Shown: one piece after another, positions 37,960 through 51,022 of the stretch
How positions within the stretch are numbered: position 1 is the stretch's first letter
Layout of the letters: every line of letters begins with the position of its first letter
NCBI GenBank assembly: GCA_965235115.1
Contig: OZ249447.1
Span: 22,010,001 to 22,074,000 of the forward strand
Direction: 5' to 3'
Length of the DNA stretch: 64,000 nt
From: Laetmonice hystrix
Lineage: Eukaryota
The notes under the pieces: model-generated
What the model was told of the DNA's origin: nothing
The model's input: only the letters and a program-made list of their open reading frames with translations
Database searches by the model: none
Position numbers and translations under genes: made by a program

Positions 37960-40900
37960 CCGGATCTTTGCATAACTTCATCCTGATGCTGATCAGGGAG
38001 TTTCATGGCACCCTCCTAGCTGTGTGAAGCTACCTTGACAACGGGATACACCAAGTGAAGTACATGGCAGGTCGTCCTCTACCATTGAAAACACATCATC
38101 ATCCGGGGCCTTTGCGACCAGTGGATGTGGAGGATATCATTGGGTGACAAGTGGGCAAGGTCGAGTCGTATTGTACCCGGGATGCTGGGTGGGGAACAGG
38201 TCTCGTCATTTTAAACATTTTTCCCTGGGATTTCTCCGGTACAAAGGTATGCTGCTGCTGTTGTATTTAAAACATCCTGTGAAACTGTGAAACTTTTGTT
38301 GATATTTTCACATAAGATCTATCGGCACTGGGGTAAATGATTTTTCTTGGGCTTAGTTTTTAATGAACAAATATTTGTGAGCCACGGTAAATCCTGTTTT
38401 TTAACCAGTTGACTATTCTTAGATTTATACGTCTGTTACCCATCAGTTTGTGACTGCAAGTCATTTATATCACCGTGAATCTCGCTGTATTTTCTTGGGT
38501 TGTTTGTCAACTTTTATGACCTTACAGTCCTCGGTGCATGGGTTAAATACATCTACCATTGCATTTTATAAACCACCTTGACAGTTTCCTTGTATCCTGC
38601 CACCTGCACTAAGTGAAATATTTTGAGATGTGGCAGGCAATGACAGGAAGGTGTGAGTCAGACAGAGAAACAGAAAGAAGAGAAAATTGTGCCTGTACGT
38701 GAACGATTATATATGTCGGTTTAAATCTGGATACAAGGTCTAAATCCACCCGGGCAGAAACCTTTATATCACCCGCTAGGAGCGAGCAGCTAGTTTTTTA
38801 GGCGCTGACAGCATCTCTTGAAGTGGTCCTCATATTTTGGTATGAGGTTTTCTTACGACATTTGAAAAAGAAATTTGGAGTAAATTATAGAGTCGGTGTA
38901 CCGACTGTATTTAATCCATATATCGTGGTGAAACCAAATCATACTTGGATCAGCTGTTGACCCAGTTGAGCTTAATCTGATAGCTGTTCCATGACTTATT
39001 CCAGCTTGCTGGGGGTTTCCTAGCAACCCCCTATCAACAGGGAGGTTACTGGTTGCTATGCTGTCGGGCCCAGCTTCTCCTTGCTTCTCCGACAAACTCT
39101 TAGTGCCTAGCAACTGCAGCAGATGCCATCTGGGTCAGGTGGCTCAGTGCAGCTGCTCCAAACTGATGGCAGTTGGGGCTCAAATAAACTCAGCAAAGGG
39201 AACTATTTCAGATGTCTGCCAGAACATCAAAATATTGACTTGTCCTTCAGGTTGGCTGAATATGCCGCCGCCGCCGCCGAGGAAGGAAGGCCTGGTGCCG
39301 AGGAGGGGTCGGGGAGTGGCGGGGTCTGATGGAGGTTGTACGAGTGGAACATTCACTTCATGTACACCCGTGGGGCCTCCACCCAAGACACCATGGACAT
39401 GTCAACCTTACGTATTGAAATGTGTCTTATTGCTGACTTTATTAATCGGATCATTTCTCTGAGCCAGAATATCGACCCATCAACAGTCTCTTATAAACGG
39501 GATTAGTGTGGTTAAGAAGACGTTTAAATTTTCTCAGCAAAAGAACATTTTAAAAGCACTAGATGAGGACATATTTTAACGATTTGATTGACCTATCTGG
39601 ATGTTAATGTGTTTGTCCATCAACACCATACAGGTGACGTTAGGGGACATATCGGGATAGGATTATTGGCCATGTTGATCGTAAAATGTGTCGGGCTTTA
39701 CCACTGTGATCCCCGGCGCAGGTGCTGTGGCTGCGTGCGAGCCGCCCCAGTAAAAGTGTGTTTTGATGTGCATGGCTCGCAGCATATCAACAGCCTACCC
39801 ACCCTGGTGGTTTATGCTAGCAGCCTTGGGTGTGTTTACATCCAGCTTACAACCCCCCAGATTGTGGTGGTTAGAGTGGGGGGGGCTGACCCACAAGGAG
39901 AAGTGGGATGTCCTCGATGGGAGGGTCGGCCACGGCACACTGCACTTAGTTGACTTCCTGGGACTTTATGCCTAGAAGATCATCAGAAGCCCCTACTAGC
40001 CTTAAAGGCGCGGTCCCTGAGCACTGGTGCCAGGGCCAGGGTGTATATTATATATACAGGGAGTTGAAGCAGCTGGGGGTCATCCGGATCCCCCGATCAG
40101 CCTTCCTATCTACCCCTCTCCTCCCAAGCCAGCCCTGGCTGCCCTCAGGGTCGGGCCCCTGTGAACCCGTACCCTGACCCCAGTTAGCAGTTACACGACC
40201 AACCAACCAATCAGCGCCAGTCATGAAATCACATGCAGATGCTGCAGCCACTCTTGACGTTGGCTTATCTCAGAAAGCCGTCTGCCTCCCACCATCCGAC
40301 CTTCATCCCAGCCACCCATTCTTAACACCAATTTCAGGGTCGCCATTAGATCAGTGGAGAAATATTGCTTAAATCATCCGGACATTTTAGATGATAGCAT
40401 GCCAATAGACTGTGAAGATATCTGAGTCCAAGTAGTTTTATGCGTGAAAAATAACTGGTTATCCTTGGTTATCTTATTTATCCATAGTAGTTGAGGAATA
40501 AACGGAGCCGGTGAAGATGGCTCATGACGTTTGATGGACGTGCCACTCTGAATGGAAAAGATACAAGCTGTCTTTGGATAGCATGCAGGAAGTGTGCCTA
40601 ATAGTACGAGTGTTTGCCAGTCTGCGGTGACCAGAGGCAGTCTTTGTTCATATGCCAAGGTAAATACAAGGTTGTTCGACGTAAAGCAGTGCGTGCTGCT
40701 CGTATGAAGTCTGACGTCCAGCTGAAAAAGAAAAAACGTTTTTTTTAGCAAAGAAAAAGTTGTGAAAGAAGGCTGAACAGTTGGTGGCAGTGATGAGAAA
40801 TGGTCGTTGCCGCCACTGTCAATAGTGAGAGTGGATGAAGGCATCTTTAGCCATCTTTGTTCAGTGGGGATGGCATCAGCAAGCTATCTGAGAGGGCGCC

Positions 40901-42356
40901 TGTCAGCGTACAGCTGAGCGGGCCCAAGGCAGGTCCCGTTATCAAGCAGAATCCTACCTGATTAACTCGTACATCTCCAACGTCTGCAGGTCTGGATGAC
41001 GAGACTAGATGGAATAGGCAAAGGGCATGAAATCATTCATGGATAGGTTTGCATGGACCTTACACAATAATCTACATATGCCAAGTTAGATTTACTCTCG
41101 AAATCAAGGGACCTTCATGACTATGTTACGAAAATGCGACTATTCTTGTTATTTACGATAGTAGGTCCATTGGCTTAAACTTTGTAAATGACATGTAATT
41201 CTTTTATATACTTTCACATAAGCTACATTTGAGGTGTTGTTGAATATTGAAAGTTGAACAAATTAGCAATGGTAAAGACTGAATCCCGGAATTACAGAAC
41301 GGTCTTTAGTTGGTGATGAAGCAGGGGGTGATGAAATAACAGAAGTGTGTGAGTCAGAAGGTCGGTTTTGACAATATTAACGGAACATAAACAGGGAATC
41401 AGAAACTCAGTATGCGGAAGATATTTTCATAACATCCGACTGCAGACGGAGGCTATTGACATGAGCATGGAGCAAGAAAACCACGCTGTCAGAATGGTCC
41501 AGTCTCTTTTAAAAAGCATGCTTGGTTGTGGTGGTTGTGGCTGGGTGTATGATTCAAAAAAAGACGGGGGCAGACTGATGAGTATAACCAGATGGTATAT
41601 GACGGCAACCATCTGTAGGGGCACATTCTCAGCGCAGATAGATGGCCTTCAGATGCGTTCGGGAAGTTTTGAAAAAGCATAAGGAGCATTGGTAGGGACG
41701 GGTTTGCTATTGACTTCTGACGGTTGTCTTTTTGGTGTTGATGGGAGGGTGGGGTAGCGGGAGGAAGGGGTGAGGTGGGTACAGGGTGCTGTGAGAGGGG
41801 TGGGGCTAGAAGTGTGTAGGTCTCGTGGCCAGTCGACACCAGCTCGCTGAGACGGTGTACTGGAGGGGTTCCTCCAGACTTTGGTCATATAGTATTACAC
41901 TGAATGCCTCCAGGGCTGAGAACAACTCGGAGGGTTTGGGAAGAGAGGGAGGTGAACGGTACATTGAACCCGTCGTTATGCCATCCACCCGGGCCGTATC
42001 ACAAACCCACGTCTAAACGTTCTCATCTCATGTCTGGTCTCCTCCCGGGGGTTAGCGAGAACTGGGACACCACTCTCAAAATGTGCCAGGAAAATCATTG
42101 GTGCTTAAAACCGACATCTTGAATCTCCTAGGAGATATTCTGAAATTTGGTCTTACTGTAGTAATGTTTGGAAAATGTGTATCAGTAAGTTGAATCAAGA
42201 CTTGAGACAGGTAAGGCCCACCAAGACCGTCCATACGCTGGATCACACAACCTTACTGCTTGAGGCTGGCTTATTGGCAATCCGTCTCTATTGGATTGTT
42301 TACTAAATAACCGCCGATACGCATCTTCTCTCCTTGTTCAAGAAGAAAGAAAGCTC

Positions 42357-42515
42357 TTGGTCTCTCCTGCTTCAAGAAGAGAGTCTCACCCAACGCGTCT
42401 TTAGTGGTGGGCGCAATGGGTGAATTCTTTGACCTTCTTCAAATTGAGACTAAATATCTATTTAACGGTCTGCAGGCACGCTGGGTGAAAACTCTCTTCT
42501 TGAAGGAGAGACCAA
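42357..42515. mobile_element. Hairpin/MITE-like element with ~40-bp imperfect inverted arms
   Basis: ttggtctctcctgcttcaagaagagagtctcacccaacgcgt pairs with acgctgggtgaaaactctcttcttgaaggagagaccaa. No clear TSD. Confidence 0.55.
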
Positions 42516-42562
42516 CAGAATTCCCTCTTACGAACCATTACCTGTCATATTCTATAGGATTG

Positions 42563-42691
42563 TTACCTGTAATGTGGCGCTGTGCTGTAGTTACCAGTTA
42601 GCAATCGTTACTCAAGTCATCTTCTATAGTATTGTTTACTAATTACCTGTAATGTGGCGCTGTGCTGTAGTTACCAGTTAGCAATCGTTAC
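42563..42691. repeat. 49-bp direct duplication, period 80
   Basis: ttacctgtaatgtggcgctgtgctgtagttaccagttagcaatcgttac at 42563 and 42643. Confidence 0.9.
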
Positions 42692-44764
42692 GCCTGTATC
42701 TGTAGAAAACATAACAAAACTCGCCCATGTAACAGATGCCTTATTCAAAGTTGACGCGGATCTGACGTCAGTCTACACAAATGTCCGGGAGTGTGCTTGT
42801 GTGAGGAGGAGAGTTTGCCGAGTAAACAGAATTATCGGATGAGTATGGGCGGTCCGCAAATTTATTACACAACAAGAGGGGACCAAACAAAAGATCCAAG
42901 AGGACCATATTTAGATCATGATGCAAAAAGGGTTAATTCAGTCAGTTAGAAAAACTGCAAGCATCTCGGACTCTTTAAAAAAATATATTTAATTTGCGGT
43001 AACATTGTTTAATACGGAAAAAACCTGCTTGGCGTTACGAATTCTTCCTGCCCTTTTCAATGAAATCCCTTTAATGTCTGTTTTTCCGTTATGATGATAC
43101 ATTTAATCGAGACTGCCGGAGAGGTCTCACTAGTCAGTGGTGGTAACTTTAAGATCTTGAGGCTTCAGCTTTTACTTGTGGGCCAGAGGACTGGTTGGAT
43201 GTCTAGCCCCATGGGCAAGCAGACTGCAGATAACTGCATGGACCTCCGGCCTCAAATATGAGATCCAGTGGTGCGTTCCTCAGCTATCGTTATCATGTCG
43301 TGCGTCAAAATCCCCACTGAAAATACATTGGAGTTAACGATACGACAAGCTAACGACATGATGAGGACCCCCCCCCCCCCCCCCCCCTGGGTGAATGTAG
43401 CAGATATTATTAGATGTCCGAATGTTTCTATATGTCAGCTCGTGTTTTTGAGGTCTGCTGGGCGTGCCCTATTGTTCTATTGTTTGGCTAGTGTTTGGAT
43501 AGAGTGAGTTTGGATAATTTGATGAAGTGGGAGGGCGTTCTGTCGTGTCCTGCTCAGGTGACGGGTAACTGATGATTGATGAAACCTTGGATACGTGACT
43601 GGCCTCAGTCTCTAGTTCTCGACTCGGATCTTTGAGTCCAGCCTGCTCTATCTTGTAGAATACAATTATAAGGGGATCTGTCAATTACCCCTCACAATCC
43701 ATCCTCACTCTCACCCCAACCCTCACCCTCAGGGAGATATCCCAAGGAGCTTTGGTGTTGTTCATCTCCGAGGGAAAGATGACGGGAGACAATGTCTGTA
43801 CTGATGGAGCAGGAAACATGTTGTCAGCTGGTGTTTACAAGTCAATTCGCATTAACTCAGCGCTGAGCCGGTATTTAATCAACATGACACGTTATTACAG
43901 GAAACTGACTGCCATTCTTCTATAGTGGATCTGTACGTTTACCTGTGTGTAACTTTGTGAACGTTACAAGGGATTATCCGTTGTGACGGGTGCTTAGTGT
44001 ACATATTGTAATAGTCCATGTCGGTATTGTACATGTCATGTGCAGGGGATGTCGGTATTATTCTGAGCCTGACTGAGAGAAGAGAAGGCACGGTCGGTGC
44101 TTAGCGAGCGGGCACACATGCCACTCTGCACACATGTTAATGAAATCCGCTTTTTATAGGGCCATGTGTTAATAAAATTTACACTTGCAAAGTTCAGGTC
44201 GTTTACCATTGGGGTTGTCATGGGCACCCGGTGTGGCTGCCTTTGTCATTGTGTGCGGAGAATGAGGACACTGACACCCCATGACAATGGCGGAGTCAGG
44301 AGGGGAGCAACTCACCCTCGTCTCTGAGTCAAACCCAACACCCTTATCAACACACCCTGGCATTGTCACGCTAGATTTTCATCACGGTGTTCAAATTAAA
44401 ATAAGTTTATGAATAATTTCAAGAAACATGTGTTTGGAACGGTGATGCAATCCAGATAACAGTGTTTGATGGTTTCTGCGGGTGCAAGAAAAAAACGACC
44501 TTGTTCAGATGACACATCTTTGATAGCCATCAATTTGAATTGATACTGCAAAATTAAGTTTTCTTAAGAAGTTCCCTCTTTTGGAGGTGTTTTCGCTTCT
44601 TTTTCTACAACTTCCTTGTGAAATGACAAAAATGTTAATAAAAATGAACAGTTAGGAAGATGCGCCATGTTGAGAGGTTCGCCAAGCTTGACTTGCTGTA
44701 CACAGTTTTCTCGTGGTCTGTTAATCCTTGCTAATTTCAACCATTTTTTCCCGTGTTTGTGCAG

Positions 44765-44863
44765 CCCGACAGCACGCTGACGGACGGTATCGTGGTGTCA
44801 CGGATCACCGATGGAGGAGTGGCTGAGCGCGCCGGTATGAAACTTCACGACCAGATCATTCAG
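44765..44863 (+). CDS. PDZRN3: PDZRN3/4 exon 3, PDZ1 continued (PDSTLTDGIVVSRITDGGVAERAGMKLHDQIIQ)
   Basis: Acceptor ttttttcccgtgtttgtgcag|, donor CAG|GTACGT, 99 nt, phase 0/0. Joins exon 2 into a canonical PDZ (GIVVSRI..GG.A.RAG...HDQII). The next exon (expected VNG...) was not found in the window. Confidence 0.93.
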
Positions 44864-44903
44864 GTACGTCTCTATACACAACGGCTTTACTTAGACCTCA
44901 ATC

Positions 44904-45027
44904 GAGATAGTGTCTTTATATGTTCGGCTATAGAGATAGCGTCTTTATATGTACGGCTATAGAGATAGTGTCTTTATATGTACGGCTATAGAGACAGTGT
45001 CTTTATATGTACGGCTATAGAGATAGT
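44904..45027. repeat. 29-bp tandem repeat, ~4.3 copies, starting 40 bp into intron 3
   Basis: Unit gagatagtgtctttatatgtacggctata. Confidence 0.93.
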
Positions 45028-45264
45028 CGGGATAGGTGTGTAGTCTGTGTTTTTATGTATGTCAGTAGATATAAGAGATATTGATATACATACATGCCCG
45101 TCTGTAGATAGTGATTTTCTTTTTTTTAAATACACGGGCGGACACTTCCATACACAGTCGACGGCATTTTGTGTCAAAAGATGGTCAAAGACATTGTTTA
45201 CGTCTTCGGTGGCTTTACGTACGTCACCAGACAGGTCGTCACTTGGATGTCTCAGTTGTAATCG

Positions 45265-45864
45265 ACATCATTGTACATTTCCGTGGGTACGGTCTCATAT
45301 CTATGGATAGAAAACCACAGATACAAAACTTACGAAAGGTATCTGGAATCAACATCATTGCATCTTTCTATGGACACGGTGCATATCTATGGATAGAAAA
45401 CCACAGATACAAAACTTACAAAAGGTATCTGGAATCAACATCATTGTATATTTCTATGGACAAGGTGTCATATCTATGGATAGAAAACCACAGATACAAA
45501 ACTTACAAAAGATATCTGGAATCAACATCATTGTATATTTCTATGGACACGGTCTCATATCTATGGATAGAAAACCACAGATACAAAACGTACAAAAGGT
45601 ATCTGGAATCAACATCATTGTACATTTCTATGGACAAGGTGTCATATCTATGGATAGAAAACCACAGATACAAAACTTACAAAAGATATCTGGAATCAAC
45701 ATCATTGTATATTTCTATGGACAAGGTGTCATATCTATGGATAGAAAACCACAGATACAAAACTTACAAAAGATATCTGGAATCAACATCATTGTACATT
45801 TCTATGGGCACGGTCTCATATCTATGGATAGAAAACCACAGATACAAAACAGGTATCTGGAACA
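45265..45864. repeat. 87-bp minisatellite, ~7 copies
   Basis: Unit acatcattgtacatttctatggacaaggtgtcatatctatggatagaaaaccacagatacaaaacttacaaaagatatctggaatca; period 87 (45265, 45352, ...). Confidence 0.96.
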
Positions 45865-47989
45865 TCTGAGTGTGAGTAATGTTAGGTCCTGATTTATACT
45901 GATAGGTTATTGGCAAAGCTGCACGACTTCTGGCCAGAATAGCTGACACATAACCGTGAAGCATGAATGGTATTGTGTATTATGATAAATCTGACATAGT
46001 CTACTTGTTACAATACCACCTGCCAACAATCTCGGAGGTTCGAGCCTTTGTCTCTCCGCCAACTTTAAACGGCTGCCATGAATGAGTGCATTATGAACTT
46101 GGAGTGCGCTCAGTTGTTTACACCGTGCGTTTTCACTTTGAAAAAAGGGTGGAAAGTGCTACTTATTTCATAGTAGATACTGAGACATTAAGTAGCGACT
46201 GGAGCGCCCTCAGTGGACATTTATGAATTACGACGTGCGTCCTGCCGTGGGACACCTGATACCTTTGAGTCAAAGGGGGAGGGGGCTAATTTTACCAAAT
46301 CATCACTCAGACTGCCTAGTCATTGACATTACACATTTGATGTGGTATTCCACCAATTGGTTTCCATGGATACCAACCAGCTGTTGTCAAAGGGAAGCAT
46401 TATGGGAACAGCTGAGGAGGATAGGAGAGTGAAACAAGAGACATGGTCAAATTAATCTCTAGCTCGTTAAGCATGTCAATGCATGGGATTTGGATAGAGA
46501 TAATGTTACCGGCATTTTTGATTTATGACGTAAATTTAATGGATCGGTTTAAGACATCCAAGGAGATTTGAAATTAAGATTATGATGTGCTATTTAATTG
46601 TATGTGTCAACAATGATTTTGTTTGGTTGGAAAGAAGTTTGTTAAAAGTGTATATTCTAGGTCCACCTCAGAAGGGTGCATACTTAAGAGTTCAAATTAA
46701 AGAATCGTAGCAGTTTCAAGAATGCAGGCTGTAGTTATGAGAAAAGGAAAAACATTCTCGAGTGCTGCTTTAAGATTGTTTACAAGCTACATAATTCAGG
46801 ATTTATCTCATATTGGAGTTAATAAGTAGGGGCAAACTTAAAACTGTGGACAATACTGACTGAGTGTAGTCCAGTGCCTGGCTGTGCCGTGCTGCTGGAG
46901 CTTTGCACAGTTAGGATATACAGTGCCGTGTAGTTTGGGATGTGCTATGATAGTGCCTTCCTACGATGCCTTGGTCACAGATGTCGCACATCAATCAAAG
47001 GATAACAAGATAGCAAAGTGGATCGCCATAGGTTACTGTCACATCAATCAACCAATCATAAAAGGTATAAATGATAAACGTTCGCCTACCATGCGCCGTT
47101 CTCTACCCTGACTGACATACATCCTAGAAATAAGACGGATTAACAGCTAATTATAACCCTAACTGATTACCGCTTTATATACTCAAAGTAATCCCGGCCA
47201 GGAGAGCTGTATGTTGGAAAGATCAAGGTCGAAAGGGATGAGATACAGCTGTCAAATGGCAGGCAATTGATTCGTCTAGCGTCGATATGTTCCTGCCCAT
47301 GCCTCAGTGAGTTCACTCCCTCGTGTGTAATTAAAGCCAGTGATAGATCTTACTTTTACCCAGTCAGGTGGGGAACGCCGCCGCCCGCCGTCTGTAGAGT
47401 GGTGATAACCAAATTTGATGTCCCCGGTTCAGGAAACATTCAGAATGCAATGCGTCGCCGTTGCCACCGAGAACTGGGGTCAAAGGAAGAGGAGTTAAAG
47501 ATAAATGTTAGTAAACGGCAGATTTGTGTTTTCCGCATTCTGTTGCTCTGGCTTTCTGTCTTTCTCTATTGCAATAATTCATTACACGTATTTAGGAAAG
47601 TAAAGTTTGTAATCATATTGTATGATAGAAGCAGATGTACGCACATAGTAAAATTTGTGTATTGAAATCTGATTATAGTAGATTTCAGCAAGGTCCTGGT
47701 GTTTGATAATCAGAGTTGTGTCTACAGAATATCCCGGACCGTTGAGTGAAGGAGAATCATCAAAAACATCCTAATATAATACTTATCATCAAATTGCTTG
47801 CATGTGTGAGCCGTGTGAACTACGTTATGTGGCCAATTATCCACTGATATTTGCGGGCCAATGGAATGACTTATTCAATGACTATGCCATAGAGAAGATC
47901 AAAGCAGGTCGGCCCTTGATTCACAAAAATGCTTCAATGGGTTTAGAACAATAGGCTTTTGAGATCAAAGGTCATGGAATAACCGAGAC

Positions 47990-49300
47990 AAGTTTTCTGT
48001 TGTGGTTGCATGTTCTACAAGTTCTCATCATTGTGCTATTCTCAGGCAACATTCGGCGTATGAAAAGGTTTTTTTCCACGTTTAGTAACGGATCCAAAGT
48101 CACATCCTTTTTTTCTTGTAAAAAGTACAAAAAATGCGATAATATGATGTTAAACATGTGTGATCTTTGAAGGCATCAAGCACGTTTAGATTATTTGAGT
48201 CCCCTTTTTACACAAAGAACTTTTATCTGGAAGTGCATTTGTGACCTTTTATTTTAAGGAAAAAGAAATGCAACAAAAGTTAGAAAGTTGGAGAGGGTAA
48301 CGGTGGTTATGTTTTTCCACTCTCATATCCATACTTTTCTTTACAGTTTTATCGATCGTTGAATTTCATTCTTAGAGATCATTCCACAAATATGACATTA
48401 AAATTAGTTTAGAAAAGTGGCAATGTTTATGAAAGTATTACAGAAAGTGTTGGACTTTGTATCAGTTGTTGTTTCCTTTGGTGAGATTGAAGTATCGTAT
48501 TTTTGTTTGTGGAGGGTGGTACTAGACAAACGTACAAAGTCAGGACCACTCGATGTGGTGTCCCACGAGTTTCGCTCTATGGCAATCACGCAGAAACATG
48601 ACATATCTGCACGATCTGTGTTTTCCACCAAATCCTCAGAGACCGCCACAGTCGAGGTTTCGACCAGGAGACAAGCACAATCGATGGCACACGGTCGTTT
48701 TTTTAGGTGTTTGCTCGACATGGGCTGTGGTCTGAAACCAACCACGGGGACTCGTACCATAACTCAACTGTTGGTGTACAGAGAACGACTTGCCAGCCGC
48801 ACCTCCACAGCATGCCATCCAACTCTTGTTATCAGACAACCCAGCAGCTGAACAACATTCGGCGAGCTGTGCCTGTCCCACGAGGCTGCACAGACAAAGG
48901 CAGTGGACTCTATATTTCACGTGATAGTAGTGGTGGTTTGTGTTCCAATGTATATCCTCAACAACAAGCCAAGAGTTCGACGTTTTAGGATCAAGCAGTG
49001 CATCTCTCGAGACAGAAATTCAAGAGCGCTGGTATCAGCATCGAACCTCGTTCGAGTGCGTGTTTATATCTTGCAGTTCTTACTGGAGCAAAAGTTTCGG
49101 GTTCTGGCGGAATGGTTAGCTGCTGTTAGTTTCAACGTATAGGTGGTGTTATTGTACTCAGTTTTGACGGATGGAACTAGTAATTTCCCTGCTAATGTCT
49201 GTCTGTTCATACGTACAGAAGTATAGATTTTCTCGCGTACTTTGTCTTGTGGGCTTTCATCCGTACTGTTCAGCAGCCTTTTATTGTCCCCATGAGTGCA
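47990..49300 (-). mobile_element. Decayed DNA-transposon coding remnant, tentatively Sola-like
   Basis: Minus-strand frames contain stops but give HCLCLCSLVGQ..SWMACCGG..YGTSPRGWFQ..MFLRDCHRAKLVGHHIEW and LLNVEKNLFIRRMLPEN...TC. The motif order is reminiscent of Sola-type DDD transposases. Judged by eye only. Confidence 0.35.
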
Positions 49301-49453
49301 TGCCACAGTGGATTTACCGATAGTTTGAAGTGAGACTATACCACCAGGCTGTCCATTGCACTGTCTCAGATGATAGTAAAAGTATTTTCTACTCCGGAAG
49401 TAGTCTTGGGGAGAAGCAGTTCAAAACATGATACGTTATCGGTAGAGGATAGA

Positions 49454-51022
49454 ACCAAGAGAAACAGTCATAGATACAATCCGGACAAAACCAAGACAAA
49501 CACTGTCATAGATACAATCCGGACAAAACCAAGACAAACACTGTCATAGATACAATCCGGACAAAACCAAGACAAACACTGTCATAGATACAATCCGGAC
49601 AAAACCAAGACAAACACTGTCATAGATACAATCCGGACAAAACCAAGAGAAACACTGTCATAGATACAATCCGGACAAAACCAGGAGAAACACTGTCATA
49701 CATAGATACAATCCGGACAAAACCAAGACAAACACTGTCATAGATACAATCCGGACAAAACCAGGAGAAACACTGTCATACATAGATACAATCCGGACAA
49801 AACCAAGACAAACACTGTCATAGATACAATCCGGACAAAACCATGACAAACACTGTCATAGATACAATCCGGACAAAACCAAGACAAACACTGTCATAGA
49901 TACAATCCGGACAAAACCAAGACAAACACTGTCATAGATACAATCCGGACAAAACCAAGACAAACACTGTCATAGATACAATCCGGACAAAACCAAGACA
50001 AACACTGTCATAGATACAATCCGGACAAAACCAGGAGAAACACTGTCATACATAGATACAATCCGGACAAAACCAAGACAAACACTGTCATAGATACAAT
50101 CCGGACAAAACCATGACAAACACTGTCATACATAGATACAATCCGGACAAAACCAAGACAAACACTGTCATAGATACAATCCAGAGAAAACCAAGACAAA
50201 CACTGTCATAGATACAATCCGGACAAAACCAAGACAAACACTGTCATAGATACATTCCGGACAAAACCAAGACAAACACTGTCATATAGATACAATCTGG
50301 GCAAAACCAAGACTAACACTGTCATAGATACAATCCGGACAAAACCAAGACAAACACTGTCATAGATACAATCCGGACAAAACCAAGACAAACACTGTCA
50401 TAGATACAATCCGGACAAAACCAGGAGAAACACTGTCATAGATACAATCCGGACAAAACCAAGACAAACACTGTCATAGATACAATCTGGACAAAACCAA
50501 GACAAACACTGTCATAGACAATCCGGAAAAAAACAAGACAAACACTGTCATAGATACAATCCAGACAAAACCAAGACAAACACTGTCATAGATACAATCC
50601 GGACAAAACCAGGAGAAACACTGTCATAGATACAATCCGGACAAAACCAAGACAAACACTGTCATAGATACAATCCGGACAAAACCAAGACAAACACTGT
50701 CATAGATACAATCCGGACAAAACCAAGACAAACACTGCCATAGATACAATCCGGACAAAACCAAGACAAACACTGTCATAGATACAATCCGGACAAAACC
50801 AAGACAAACAATGTCATAGATACAATCCGGACAAAACCAAGACAAACACTGTCATAGATACAATCCAGACAAAACCAGGACAAACACTGTCATAGATACA
50901 ATCCGGACAAAACCAAGACAAACACTGTCATTGATACAATCCGGACAAAACCAAGAGAAACACTCATAGATACAATCCGGACAAAACCAAGAGAAACACT
51001 GTCATAGATACAATCCGGACAA
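49454..51022. repeat. 38-bp satellite-like array, ~41 copies
   Basis: Unit aaacactgtcatagatacaatccggacaaaaccaagac. Variants include ccaggag, ccatgac and a 4-bp (cata) insertion. Confidence 0.98.

Noticed and set aside
40540-40740. PHD-like WIACRKCA**YECLPVC on the plus strand, and the opposite 156-aa ORF
   Set aside because: Double stop, missing ligands and no recognisable homology.
41565-41625. Hammerhead-like CTGATGAG followed by a hairpin
   Set aside because: GAC instead of GAAA after stem II, and no NUH site or stems I/III. Other CTGATGA hits (17659, 43567) also fail.
45111-45892. 252- and 167-aa repetitive ORFs
   Set aside because: Products of the 87-bp array, whose unit is a multiple of 3.
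46030-46050. GGTTCGAGCC B-box (tRNA/SINE)
   Set aside because: No A-box and no cloverleaf.
46204-46217. CTCF-like CCACTGAGGGCGC (minus strand)
   Set aside because: Needs a 1-nt gap in the core.
48720-48851. ATGGGCTGT as an MGC-type alternative first exon
   Set aside because: No donor and no similarity beyond 3 codons; lies antisense within the putative transposon relic.
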